Positions 50,497-63,570 of a stretch of DNA of 64,000 bases are shown piece by piece. Within the stretch, counting starts at the first letter, position 1. Every line of letters begins with the position of its first letter. Made by a program: the position numbers and the translations under genes. A model generated the notes under the pieces. It was not told the origin of the DNA. It searched no databases and worked only from the letters and a program-made list of their open reading frames with translations. Source of the DNA: Utricularia gibba (taxonomy: Eukaryota > Plantae > Magnoliophyta). Location: NCBI GenBank assembly GCA_002189035.1, contig NEEC01000002.1, positions 1,922,001-1,986,000 of the forward strand. Direction: 5' to 3'.

Positions 50497-50966
50497 TCAT
50501 TTTGTTTCCACAGGGGGGACTTCAGGGGCTGGAGCTGCTTCAGCTGCTGGGGCGGGATCCGGTGCTGCTGCGGTGGGTTCCGGAGCCGGAGGAGACGGCT
50601 TCGGCTTTCTAGCGAACACCTTCTTGGCCTTGACGATGGATTGCTTGAAGGCAGCGATGATGTTCTTGGTTGGCTTGGATTTCTTCACTTCCTCAACAAC
50701 CTTCACTTCCTCTACTTTGGCTTCCTCCACCTGCTCCTTCACAGTCTCCTCCACAGCAACTTCAGCTTTCTCAGCAGCAGCTTCAACCACCGGTGCTGCC
50801 TCGGATTTGGCCTCCTCAACAGCAGCTGCAACAGCTGCAACCACAGGCTCTGCCTCAGCTTTCTTCACCTCTTCCTGAAACAGAAGCCAACAGATTCACC
50901 AAAGCCCAGAACACAAGATTACTGAAGCTGAAAGAAGTGTAGCAGATAGCATACCTCACCGGCCAT
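50497..50966 (-). CDS. Small Ala/Glu/Val/Lys-rich low-complexity protein with a basic amphipathic segment and Pro/Ala tail
   Basis: Open frame 50874-50497 with strong codon periodicity. Probable first exon ATGGCCG (50966-50960) with donor GTGAGG. Exon junction frame is ambiguous. Confidence 0.75.
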
Positions 50967-52121
50967 GGATGCTCTGTAGAGGGACCGAAGGTGAGAGCAC
51001 TGGGGGAGGGAAAAAAAAACAAGTGGGAGACGTGAGGGAATGAGTGACCGTGAATGTTGATAAACCACAGAGAATGGAAAAACAAAACACAAAAAAAAAT
51101 CTCAGCGCAGCTCACAGATTTGAAAAATAAAGAAGACAAATAATGGGAAAAAAAGGGGGTGTCGTTTTCCGGGAGAGAACAGCGGGGCTGGGCAGGGACG
51201 CCTCCCTCCCCCCGCTCCTTGGCCGAACCCAATGTTACTTTCACATGATATGATCTGTCACCAGACCCACCATCCATCCAAATGACAAACACCAAGAAAT
51301 TTCATTATTTTTTATTTTCCAACAAATAAAAGAAAAAATAATAAAATATCTCATGAACACCACCACAGAATCCCATTCATGCTTATCTCATCATCACTGT
51401 CATGTTGCCCACTTGGATCAAACTTCACCATTTTTAATCCTCCACCCTTTAGGTAACTTATTACTATTTTAATTTATAAAAAATTAAATCCATCAAACTT
51501 TATAAAAAAAAATTAGAAATTGGGAAATTTCAATTTAGAGAATGATTGTTTTTAAATAGGTTATATTTTATCATAAAAATATAATTAAAAATTAATAAAA
51601 GTAATTCAGTTCAAAATTATAATTAAATTAAATCGAATAATAAGTTGAGTCCTCTTTTAAAACATTTAAAATGTATTTGAGAGATAGATTAGGTATGTTA
51701 TATTTAATAATAAAAAGATATTTTGGATTATACTTTTAAATAATTAAATTTATATTGATAACGTAAAAATGGATAAATTAGAAATAAATAAGTAGTTTAA
51801 TATAAAATATACTAGTTTTCTTATTATGTGTTAGGTTATCTTAAAACAACTTTAAATTAAATCGATTAAAATATTAAATTTGCATAATAAATGAAAACAT
51901 CCTTAAAAATCATCTTTAATCCATCAATCAAACATAACCTAATACTCTGTTTGATTATGTTTCTTGAAAAATAACTTTCAATATTAAAAATACGAATTAT
52001 TTTTAAATTTTTATTATTTTTGAAACAATAATCATTTGTATTTGACAACAAAATTAATTTATACCATTTTGGTGGTCGATACATGTGAAAACCCCTACTT
52101 CTTGATCAATTTTTTAGAATC

Positions 52122-52204
52122 TTCAAAATCGAACAAACCCTAGATTTTGTCACTTGTGGCGAATTTTCAAAATCGAACAATCCATGGATTTGGCCACTTT
52201 TGGA
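52122..52204 (+). repeat. Diverged direct repeat, period 44 bp x2, containing a telo-box-like AAACCCTA
   Basis: ttcaaaatcgaacaa..gattt..cactt.tgg at 52122 and 52166. Confidence 0.75.
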
Positions 52205-53203
52205 TTCAGAATTCATAGATATCTATAGAGACGACACTCGTAGTTGATTTGTTGGAATAATTCGCCGTGTCATGTCATAAAACACTTAGCCTCTACCCAT
52301 AAGATTCTGAATTAATCAATTCCATGGCACTGTGTGATATTTGTGCAATTGTCATAGCACTGTGTGTGATATTACAAATTAGCAAGTACCCACAAATCTG
52401 TAGGAGAAGAAGGAAAGATGGGTGGGTGCATAGGGGAAGCAGCAAGATTATCATCATCATTATTATATTCTCTCCCAACCGATTAATGAGCAACAAGGTT
52501 CACAAGACAGCATTAAAGGATGCAGATACACTAAAAGCTATTCCATGGCAGCACGCCATCCTGCAGATGGGTCCCCATCACATGTTTGGCATAACAATTG
52601 TCCACTAGAGAGCATGTGATACCCCCCCAACATTAGGGCAACTAACCACTTCGCTTAAACTTGTAACACATCCCTCTGGGAACCAGGGAAAACCCACACC
52701 TACTCAAGTAAATAGCATGTGAACAGAACTCAAGGAGTATCAACCCTTGTACCAAATAAAGACCTTTGCAGGGTTGATATCAGTTTATGTCTCTTTTCGA
52801 TGGATGCTTTCCGGTTATCTCACTATATTTCAGGATTTATGTCCAAATGCATGATCAATTCTCTGCAACCACGCCAGAAATTCATTCACTTATGGAATCT
52901 AGGTTGTTATCAGATATTTAAACGCATGATCAATTCTCCACAGCCACAAAATCATTAGGCAAACCAATTCAAAGACAAGTGCACAGTATTGAACTCAACT
53001 ATTTAATAAATATGCATGAAACTACTAATAAGTATGCAATCTCACTCCCCTGTGGATGAAAGCCACTGATCCAAGTAAATAAGCTCAAACATATCAACCG
53101 ACATCAATAAAGCAACACCGCATGTCAAAATTTGCACCGTGCATCAAATACTTTCCATCCCTCCTTACAAACGATAATGGAGCAAGAAGCACAGGGATTT
53201 CAT

Positions 53204-54167
53204 CTAGGGTTTGGTGGCAGCATTTGATGAATCTGTGCGAGGTTTAACGATGCTCAACTGACCACCATCCTTACTAGCAAACGTAGCAGCTTTTACTTCG
53301 TTGCAATGGTTTATAAATTTCCTCAGCTCCTGAAACAGAGAGGAGATGACAACAAATGCAGGTATCATTAGTAGAACTAAATACCATCCATATGATCTGA
53401 CTTCTTGCTAAAAAAAACTCATTCACACTTGTCGCTGTTCTATCAGTATCTATATCAAGGAAAATTTTCTCTAATGAGGCTCATAAGCCCCTGCAAACAT
53501 ACGCAGATAACTAACATGACACAATATAACAGTGGCTAGTTCAACCGAGACGCAAATCGAACCCAATCCTCCGAATTTGATGACATGCACTACTAGAAAG
53601 CAATTATAATCACGGAATCATCTTCATGTTGCTCCAACCTATGAGTTCTCTGTGCAGTTTTAAAAGGGGGTGGTGCACATTGTGGTGTGTATTTGTAAGA
53701 GCTAACATTGTAGGCAGCGGCAACCAAATCAAAACTTGAATAGGTGATCGCGGGATATTGTGAATTTTCCAAAGGGGGTTGTCAACACTCTGTTTATGCC
53801 TTAGAAGTTCACTTTCTTGATCACCATATAATAACAACAAACCCATAAACACTAATCTACAGATTCATATTCTACATCAAAACTCAATCCTAAACAAATG
53901 TAGGGGAATTTGTGGGAAGGAAACTGCATGCTTACGTTATCAACGTCCATCTCCTTGGTAACCTTGGATGACTTTATTGCCCTCTTACCTTTTGAGAAGC
54001 AAGACAAGAAGAGCTGAGTTAGCAAGATTCAATGATAAAGCATGACGAGAGATATGCTCTGCAAATCGGAAACCTTTTTTTGTATGCGGAATTTTTCCAT
54101 GACGATTGGGAGGAATAGCTTTCTTCTTCTTCTTCTGTCCCTTAAACAAATCCCCCTTCTGCGTCAT
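53204..54167 (-). CDS. Small basic UPF0390/DUF2462 family protein (C19orf53-like), 90 aa
   Basis: Exons 54167-54074 (MTQKGDLFKGQKKKKKAIPPNRHGKIPHTKK), 53988-53936 (GKRAIKSSKVTKEMDVDN) and 53329-53204 (ELRKFINHCNEVKAATFASKDGGQLSIVK..*). Phases add up; telo-box and site II motifs upstream. Family name from memory. Confidence 0.88.
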
Positions 54168-55313
54168 CTTCCCAAACCACACCCGGAAGTTCGATTTAGG
54201 GTTTATCGCACAGCTGGAATAGTCCGTCCACGGCCGAGTAGGGTTCACAGAAAACGTAACCGGGTCATACTTTCCATTTTCCAACCGGTGACCCGCGGGT
54301 CGGTGGCACGAATATCTAAATGGGCCACTAACCTCAGACACCGGCCCAAAATCTACAAATGTTAGTAGTCCCCACTGTTGGGCTCAATAACAAGCCCAAT
54401 TTGATGGCCCATAATACAGCAATAAGATGGAACTTCCATATGAAAAGCAAGAGGATGATAGATCTGGGTCTGTATTTAAATAAACATGTATCATATGGTT
54501 AAAATTAAAAATATATCATATGTAAACATTTTATAAATTTCTACTTAAAATGATATTATGTTTGATAAATATATTTAAAATAAAAAACAAATCCATTTCG
54601 TTTCGAAAAATCATGTAACATGAAAATTTTACAAAACATAGTTGAAAGGCACTGGCCTAACCAGGAGTCAGTATAAGAGGTACCATTTGCATTGTTATAT
54701 TAATATTTTTTTTAATAAATTTTAACTACAAAATTTTATAATATATTTAGTAAATATTTTTAAATGATGATATTAGACACCATTCAAATACATATGGCTC
54801 CCTCTGATTGAAAAAATTATAGAACTATTGTATAACTTATACATATATCGAATAGTATATTTATTAAATAGATATAATTCTCAATAAACGCATGTTCGCA
54901 GTCAAAACAAATATGTAAAATACGGGATAAATATAATCTTTTTAAAATATTTTATTTTTTAAAAAATAATATTAATGTAAAATGTAAGTTTAATGGGTTC
55001 CAAAAGTATTTTGTTAATTAGGAAATTATATTAAAAATTCATTTCAATTAGGAATATTGAATGCGTTTATGGGAGAGAGAAAAGGGGAAGGGGGAAGAGG
55101 AAAGAGGGGCGGAGACCAAATCAATTTGCTTTGAAAAACCTAGCCGGGCGCTGCCCCCGCCTCCTTCCTCTCTCTCTGTCTTCCCTCCCCGAACACCCGA
55201 ATCAACTAATACAAATTTTAATTTTATTTGCTGCGAGCCCAAAATCCAGATACAGCCCTCTGGTTAAACTTCCATTAAAAAAAAATTCAATTTTTTTCCC
55301 CTCTCGCGTCGGG

Positions 55314-58300
55314 ATGGCTTTTCATGTCGCTTGCCCAATTACCTGGTAACCCATGTCCAATTACCTGAATTATTTGGAGTGTGCGTCTGTTATTTGGATG
55401 CGTAACTGTTGTGTTTCTTCCCTTTCCTCTGTGTTTCTGTCGCGAGGGCGCGTTGGTGGAGTGTGGTTTGTTGCTGTGGTAGTGGTTTGGATTTTGGGTT
55501 TTTGGAGGATTCATGGATTTCTTGTGTGCTTGCAGTCGCAAGGTATGCTTTTGTCAAATGGGTTTTACTGGGAGCCTGCGGACCCAGGAGGGTCGGAAGG
55601 AGTTTATGCAGGAGGTAGCGAGGATCGTGCAGTTTTTGAATGATCCTTGGCTGATTAAGTCGTCGGAAAATGCTATGGTTCATGTTCTGGTTCCCAAAGT
55701 TGTTGTTAATCCTGCGCCTCCGGCTCCTCCCGTGATTAATGGGCCAGTGTTAAAGGTAACTGGGAGCGAAGGAGAAGGGACAGCCGTGAAGCCTGCAGCG
55801 TTGGCACACACTAAGAGGATTGTGCTGCAGAAGCAATTGGTCGCTGCTGAGGCTCCAGTGAAAAAAATTGATTATGGTGACTTAGTGGTAAGGCGTGGGT
55901 CACAGTGCATGCTCCTTAGTGTTCTGATACTTTCAGGAGTAATCGTTGTCTCTTTGATGCTTCAATTCCTCGTTTGGATTGTCTGTCCTGGTTAACTCTT
56001 CTCCATCCTTGATGGCATCATTTCATTTCACCTTGTTACATGTGAGAACATATGTGTGGATCCTGCAAATTGTGTGTCACATTCATGCGCTACTGATTTC
56101 TTGAGTGGTTTATAGTATCATTTCCTTGCAGAGAGATGCTGATGGAGGGGAGCAACGCCATTCAAATTCTAAAGGAATGTGTCGAATGTGCTTTACTGGT
56201 GAAAATGAGGGAGGCGAGAAGGTAAGACAGATGCTTTCCTGCAATGCTTGTGGAAAGAAGTATCATCAGAATTGTCTGAAACGTTGGTCCCAAAATAGAG
56301 GTACTGTAGGCCTTGTCACAGGCAATCAATTTTATGATTTGACAAATTTCCTCATGAAATTTTTTGGCTCAGATCTTTTCCACTGGAGTTCTTGGACGTG
56401 TCCCTCCTGTCGTACATGTGAGGTAATGATGTTGGAGAAAGCATCTTTTTCTGTTGATATCCTCTTGGTTGGTAGTAACATTTTAGGTAATCACTATGTT
56501 TTTTTTTCTGAAATGATGACTTCTTTATTGCTTTATTTCTGGGAGTATGTTATGCTGATCGGACAAGCTTTTGTGATGTTTTTGTGAAGGCATCGAACTT
56601 TTCTGTTATCTTGAAGTCACATAGAACATTGAATTCATTCGTATGAGTAACATTAACATTTTTATACGTTGATTTACATTTTATGGATGTTAGATGAAGC
56701 CATAACTCAAATAGGCAACTCCTGTATGGAAATTTTTATCTGTGACCTGGTATTTCCGGCAATTTATTTTCTGTAGGAGAAGAATCTAAGTAACTTTTCA
56801 GTAGCGTTTGGCATTTCCTTAAATGAGAGCAAACTATTTCCTTCGCTAGAATTTGAGTTTGATGGTTTAAGTGCATTGTTTCATGTCATAAATTCGATTA
56901 CATCAGGTGTGTCTAAAAACTGGAGATCCAAGCAAGTTTATGTTCTGTAAAAGGTGTGATGGTGCATATCACTGTTACTGTCAGCAACCTCCACACAAGG
57001 TTATCCATGACCTTTCCCTCATTTTTTTTTAACATGCCAATTGGCTGAACTATTTTCCAATTGGAGCGAAATGCAGAATGTTGGCCATGGGCCTTATCTA
57101 TGTCCAAAGCACACCAGGTGCCACAGCTGCGGTTCTTCTGTCCCTGGGAATGGGCTGAGTGTGAGGTTTGAAATATTTTCGATTGGGAAATCTATCTGAG
57201 CATTTTGCGTTTCAGTGTGTTTCCTCTTGATGCTCTTTCCACATTTCTCATTGTAAATAAATGTCAAGTGTTCAAGAATTTTCTATATTTGTCTCAATTT
57301 TTAAAATAGTTCGATCAAAATTTCATCTTTTGTACTGGCAAGGAAAAATTGTAATTGGCTGGCTAGTTCACATGATCTTTTATTCATACTTCATTACTAT
57401 TTTCCACTATTAATTGTGAGGATTTGAAGTTGTGAAAAGCATGCCATGGATGCTTTTCAAAATTATCATATTCAATGGTCATAGGTAGTTGAATGATTTA
57501 TTTTATTCATATCGGTTTTCGTAGTTTTAGAAGAATGGTTGACTACACGTTGATCCATAAGTTTCCTGTTTTTGTAGGAGAGGCCAGAAATTTGTTATTG
57601 CAATTCAAAACTCCTGCCTGAACATTTCCATACTCATTCACCCTTCAGAGTACAATAATTATAGGCTTTTAATTCCACAGGTGGTTTCTGGGCTATACTT
57701 GCTGTGATGCTTGTGGAAGACTGTTTGTGAAGGGCAATTTTTGCCCCGTTTGCCTTAAGGTGAAGATTGTTCCGTGTATATTTAATTATCTATTGGAGCA
57801 CTTTTACATGAAGTTAATAGCCACTCTATTAGACTCACTGAATACTGAAATGCTCCATCGGGAAAATAAAGTATTGTGTATTAATTTATTTTCAACTGCA
57901 GGTTTATAGAGACTCTGAATCCACTCCTATGGTATGCTGTGATGTATGTCAGCGTTGGGTGCATTGTCCCTGTGATGGGATCAGGTTTCCTTTGTGCCAC
58001 TTTTGGAAACTTTCATGATCGCTTTACTGTGTATCGTTTCTGCAATTATCCTTATGATTTCAAAACTTTTGTGCCAACAAAAATTCAGTGATTCAAAGTA
58101 TATGGAATTTCAAGTGGATGGCAATCTTCAATATGTCTGTCCCACATGCCGTGGAGAATGCTCCCAGGTGGTGTCATGGATGTTATCCTTGAAGGGATGC
58201 TTGCTGCCTATTTTAGGTTTTCAGATTTAACATGAGACATATTTCCCTCCTTTCAGATTGGAACATTTGAAGATGCTGTGCAGGAGCTTTGGAGACGAAG

Positions 58301-60353
58301 AGATGAAGCTGACAAAGAGTTGATATTGCGCTTGAAAACAGATGCTGGTTTACCCACCCAAGAAGAAATTTTTGACAACTTAACTTTTTCAGAAGATGAA
58401 GATAGTAGTCCTCTATCAAAAGTTGAGTATGGCCGTTCTTTGAAGTTCTCCCTTAAAGGATTCACTGAAAAGTCACCGAAAAAGAGCAAAGAGAATGCGA
58501 AAAGTTCTCTGAATAAGGTGCATGTCAAGAAGAAGGGAGGCGAAGCTTCTTTAACAAGTGGAACTAATGCATCCCAGAGTTTTGGGATACAAACGGATTT
58601 GGTATATCGTGCTGATGTTGTCCATCAAAAGAATGAAAAGGTTCAGTTTTCTGGTGAACAGACTGCTCTTTCTCCTGTTACTGGAAGTTTTGCTGACGCC
58701 ATAGGTGCACTGAATGAGACAGCTGTCAGCTATAATAGGCATGTTGATGAAGCAGCTGCTAACAGTGCAAGTAATCCGTCAAAAACAATTAAAATAAAGA
58801 GCAAAAAATCAACTGTGGAGGAAGTTGCAGCTAATAGTGGTGCCGCTATGACAGCATCAGGAAGAAAGCTTGTAATACATTTGGGTGGGCGAAGTAGAAC
58901 TACTAGTAGTCCTACAAAATCTGAAGCTGTGAGCGTCAGGACAGATCAAGATTTTATTTCAAGTGGTAAGGCGTATTTCAAGCGTTTGTTGCACATGTGT
59001 GCTACTTACTTCAACTCTAGTCCATGGTTGAATATGATTCTATGATCATTGAATGGTTAGATTTTCCTCTTTGAGGTTCATGCATAATGGTTTGGAGTGG
59101 GTTTGGGCATGTAATGCTGTCTGCCTGATTATTCTCTTCTCCTTTATGTTGTTTATTTCAAGGATTGTCTAATTTCCTTCAAGACTATGGTATTCGTAGT
59201 TTAGACTCCCTGGAAATCTATCCCTTACCTGATCAACTTGTATCCCGGTGATAATGTGCTGAGGAAATGCTGAGTATTGTCTTGAGCAGGCACAGAGGAC
59301 TCAAGTAAACTGAAGCACATTGAGCGCATCGACAGAACTGTTGCTGCATCAGATAAGAAAGGTAATGCTTGTCAGTGTGGATGCTCTCTGATACTCTTTT
59401 TTCAGAAAAATTTCATTGAAACGCATGATATTCTTTTGGATTCAGTTTCTAAGAAAGTGCATACTGATCAAGTGAAAAGTTCAAAGTCGCGAGGCAAAGA
59501 AGGCCAGGTGGTAAAGCTTAGGAAAGTTAATTCAGGGGCATCTGGCATTCGCTTGAATCCTGCTGCAGAATTATCAGAAGAGGATCCTGTGTCTCAAAGA
59601 AATGCGAACTCCGTCTCTAGAAAGGGCGCATCCATAGCAGTGGTCAACTTCAGAAACAAATCTTCAAAGTATGCTGAAGATTCTAGTGACACCATTAACG
59701 GAACTGATGCTCTGCTTCCTGTTTCCCGTGGTTCAACAAAGGATCAGAAGCCATATCTGAAGATTAAAATACCCAAGAGTTCTAATGAAGGGAACCAAAC
59801 CGGCCCTGTGAGCTCTGGAACCCTGGATATATTTCCTCTTCATGGGAAGGATGAGTTGATTTACACCAGGGGTCAAAGATCAAAGAGGAAGAGGCCTGCA
59901 TTAGCCGAGGACGAGAATCCGTCGCAGTTGGGTGATGAGAACACGATGAGATTGAACGATCTCACAGATGCCAACTGGGTACTACAAAAATTGGGAAAGG
60001 ATGCAGTTGGAAAGAGAGTGGAAGTCCATCAGCCATCCAGTGACTCTTGGTTAGTAGCGATCAAGCTTTTGTATTACTGCTTGGGACTTGCATTGTACTT
60101 GTGTGTGGGAGTAATTAGCTTTTGAGATGAGTAATGTTTCCATATTTTCGCACAGAACAAGGTTGGTATCCCATGTGGTCTTCTCATCATACTAGTTTAT
60201 CGGATTTCATTGATCTGCAGGCGCAGGGGAACCGTAGTAGAAGTGGTGGAGGATTCTTCAACTGTATCAGTTGCCCTGGAGGAAGGAATGACCAAGAGTT
60301 TTCAACTGGGGAAGCAAGGAATCCGCTTTGTCTCTAAGAAACGAAAGCAATAG
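55314..60353 (+). CDS. Multi-PHD/RING-type zinc-finger protein (At3g08020-like)
   Basis: MAFHVACPITCRKVCFC, CRMCF..CNACGKKYHQNC, WTCPSCRTCEVC..FCKRCDGAYHCYC, CPKHTRCHSC, CDACGRLFVKGNFCPVC, MVCCDVCQRWVHCPCDG, GQRSKRKRP and DANWVLQKLGKDAVGKRVEVH; TAG at 60353. Confidence 0.94.
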
Positions 60354-60892
60354 CAGCAGTACCTTGCCTCTGGTTGGATTCCTTGGCTGCAATGTTAGAT
60401 TCTCCTTGCCAGGCACCATGTATGATGCTGCGTTTCCATTCTTGAACAATGGGTTAAGAAGAATGCTGCTGTACTCCTGCTAGTTCTGTTTGTTTATAGT
60501 AGAAGCTAGAATTGTCTTGTAGCCTCATGCACTTTGTCCAACAACTGTGCATTGCTGATGCATGTGATTCAAATGTGATGTAGGTGAGTGGTACTTCAAT
60601 TGTGTATCCATTAGGGGATGTTAAGGGGCTATTCAATTCATGATTTAGTTAACCAATAAGATCGATCAACTAACTGATGAGTGTAATCAGATGACAAAAT
60701 AAATCAACCCTTCATGATTTCCACCTAAACAATAGAGAATGAATTCAAGTGAAACCACAAAATGTTCATTTCACAGAGAGCAGCTTACCACTGTTCGCAA
60801 GTATCTTATTACAAGAAACAGTCTTCCATGGTTGACGCCAAAGAAATACTTAGTTTATGAAAGGTGACGAACCTTGGCCGATGGCAGACCAA

Positions 60893-62829
60893 TTAGAATT
60901 CATCGTCCGCGTTAATGGGCTGGCGTAGGAACCGCTCCATCTGTTGTGCTCTAGTCTTTATGGACATGTCAAAAACTTTTTGGCTGAATTCCACCACCAG
61001 TCCTCCGAGAATGCTTGGATTAATCTACAGATTTGTTGGAACATTTTAATGCAAACACATGCCATCTACTCAACACTATGATAGTCTTTGGTTGCTAAAA
61101 GGCATACCTTCTGCACGATTTTAGCTTTCTTTCCTTCCCCGAGTACATCTTCGAGTGCTTCTTTCAGCTCTTTCTCTTCTTCCGGAGGTAATGGCTGCAG
61201 AGAAAAGCCAGTGAGAACAAGGATAATTAAATGGTACATGTTAACGCTTCATTTTGTATCAGTCAAGAATTTGGGCGTCTGTGGTAACAGAACTTACAAT
61301 GACAGTTGTCACTGTAACTTTAACTTCCCCTCTATGGGCCATGGTTAACTCAGAAAACCGTTGCACAATGCGCTCTAGTTGTCCAAGCCTCGCATTTTCA
61401 GCAGCAACAACTGTTGCAAAGGTAAGTACAGCCCATAATTAAATTAAACCAGAGACAAAAGACAATGGAAAGCTCAAGAGAACATACAAAAAATGATAGA
61501 TAAGATAATTAGCAATGACAATAATGCATAAAGGCAGATTGCAGTAGCCTATAGACATTTCCTTGAGTTTCATCCACGTTATTTGATCCGATTAAAGTAC
61601 AATCCCACATGGAGACTTTTGTTTTTCCTTGTATCTAACTCATCCAGAATTGAATTAAAAAATGATAATTAAATAAAATAATCCCAAGAAAAAATAGGGA
61701 AAACTAACGCAGGAAGTTCTTTGTAATATCTGCAAATTGAGCTGCTGTACAAATATCTTCGATCGCTTTAAACCTCGTATCAGCAGTAACTGACAGATCC
61801 TTCATAAACTGTGAAAATACAGGGCTATGTTTTGAAGCCTCGACCAGATTAAGAAGCTCAGATTCAACCCTCTCTAACACATTGGCTTTAACTGCAGCCA
61901 AATACAATGCGGATGCATAGTTTCCAGAGAACCCAAACATTTGCAAGGGAACCTGAAAAATGTTCAGCAAATAGTAATTCCTCAGCTTATGCAACATAAT
62001 GAATCTTCCATTAAAATATAAGGTTTCTAAGGTGGTTTAAACGCCAAAGCATCACAAATTACAATTTTACATGACCTAAGGAATCAAGCAAAACTGATAA
62101 CCACCACTTCATCAGATAATCGGTTCATAGAATCTCGCAATGGACTTTTTATAAAATAATACTTACTTTTTTATTGAAAAAGGGGTGCATAATTTAAACA
62201 TGATGAAAGCGAAATCTGCACCGGGCATGACCAAGACATGGAAAGACTACAGGCTACTAAAAAAACAAAATTTAGGTTACAAATTAAACCATGGCTAAGG
62301 AAGACGCCAGCAGACGCAAAACGTAACTTTAATAACCTTAAAACCTAGCGCGAAATTCATATTTTTAAACATTTCCTCTCACTCTGGACACAAAAATCGA
62401 AGGCTGGACAAAGATGGGGTATGCACCTTGATCTTCTGCTGTTCAGGGGCAGAACTTGCGTAGTTCCTCGAAAACTGAAAAACAAATCGCAACAATTATA
62501 GCAATAAATTCCCATAAGACCATGAAAAACCGAAACGTCCACACGAGAACTCAGCTTGAAACCACAAATTGGAAGAAGAAAAAACCTCCAATTACTCATA
62601 TATTTGAGGGCTTAACCCCGTCATGGGATACAGAGAAAACCAAAGCCATATGAAAAAGAAAAATAATAAATAAAGGAATACGCCACAGTTGTACCCCGCT
62701 GGAGATCGGAGATCCGACCAAGGTTCTCCGACCAAAAGACGTCTCAGCATTGGGCATATTTGCCGCAGCGGCGGCCACCGCCTTGCGCAGCACTGGGAAA
62801 CCAGACCTCAAACGCGCTGCGATCGCCAT
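60893..62829 (-). CDS. ATP5: Mitochondrial ATP synthase OSCP (subunit O)
   Basis: Arg/Ala-rich presequence, then RNYASS, VPLQMFGFSGNYASALYLAAVK, AHRGEVKVTVTT and INPSILGGLVVEFSQKVFDMSIKTRAQQMERFL. Six exons in phase. Confidence 0.97.
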
Positions 62830-63570
62830 TTTCAGATTCGCAGAAACCCCAATCTCTCTATCGGAGCTTTTATTTCCAAATTTTCGATACCCCAAAAGCG
62901 TTACTCTATAAACGCTGCTTCGTACTAACACCTAAATTAAAAAAAAAAAATCACTCAATTTATCGTTGAAATGGGACTCAAAAATTATTTTAAAATGGAA
63001 TTCAATCCTTTTGGATTGAACTGTTCAACTTAAGTTATTATTATAAAATAAAAATAATAATTTATATTTATATTTGTAAATTTCAAAAAAAATTATTTTT
63101 TATAAAAACTATTAAATAGAATCCAAAAAATCATACATTTAAATTAAACGGAATGCAAGATTTCTTGCGAATGGCAACTGGCAATAACCTTATTCGATAA
63201 TTGGTCGATTTATTTCAGGGAAAAATTTTGCGAAACTGAAACCCAATGGAATAACCAGCAACTTCCATTTACGCCATGCCGAGCCTACTGGTCATCTTCT
63301 CAGCAGAAGATGCAAACTTTCTGAAGTTCCAATGCAATAAGACTACACCAACACGAACCTCTCCCCTCCTTTCAGAGCAAATGCCTCTGAAAGGCGGGGC
63401 CGAACTGGGATCAGTTTTTGGTTCTGTGGCGCAAGGAGTGAAAAAAAGATCCAACTTGGCTAAGGAGGTTACGCGAACAATCATTTCTGCGGTGGATTGC
63501 GGTGGCCATTTTGGGATTGATTGAAAGGAAGCAATGGAACCATCTTCTTTGGCTGAATCTCCCACCACCC

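Noticed and set aside
50374-50942. Long + strand ORFs (144-183 aa) over the Glu-rich gene, and similar ones over the AGP
   Set aside because: Antisense or alternate-frame shadows of low-complexity coding sequence.
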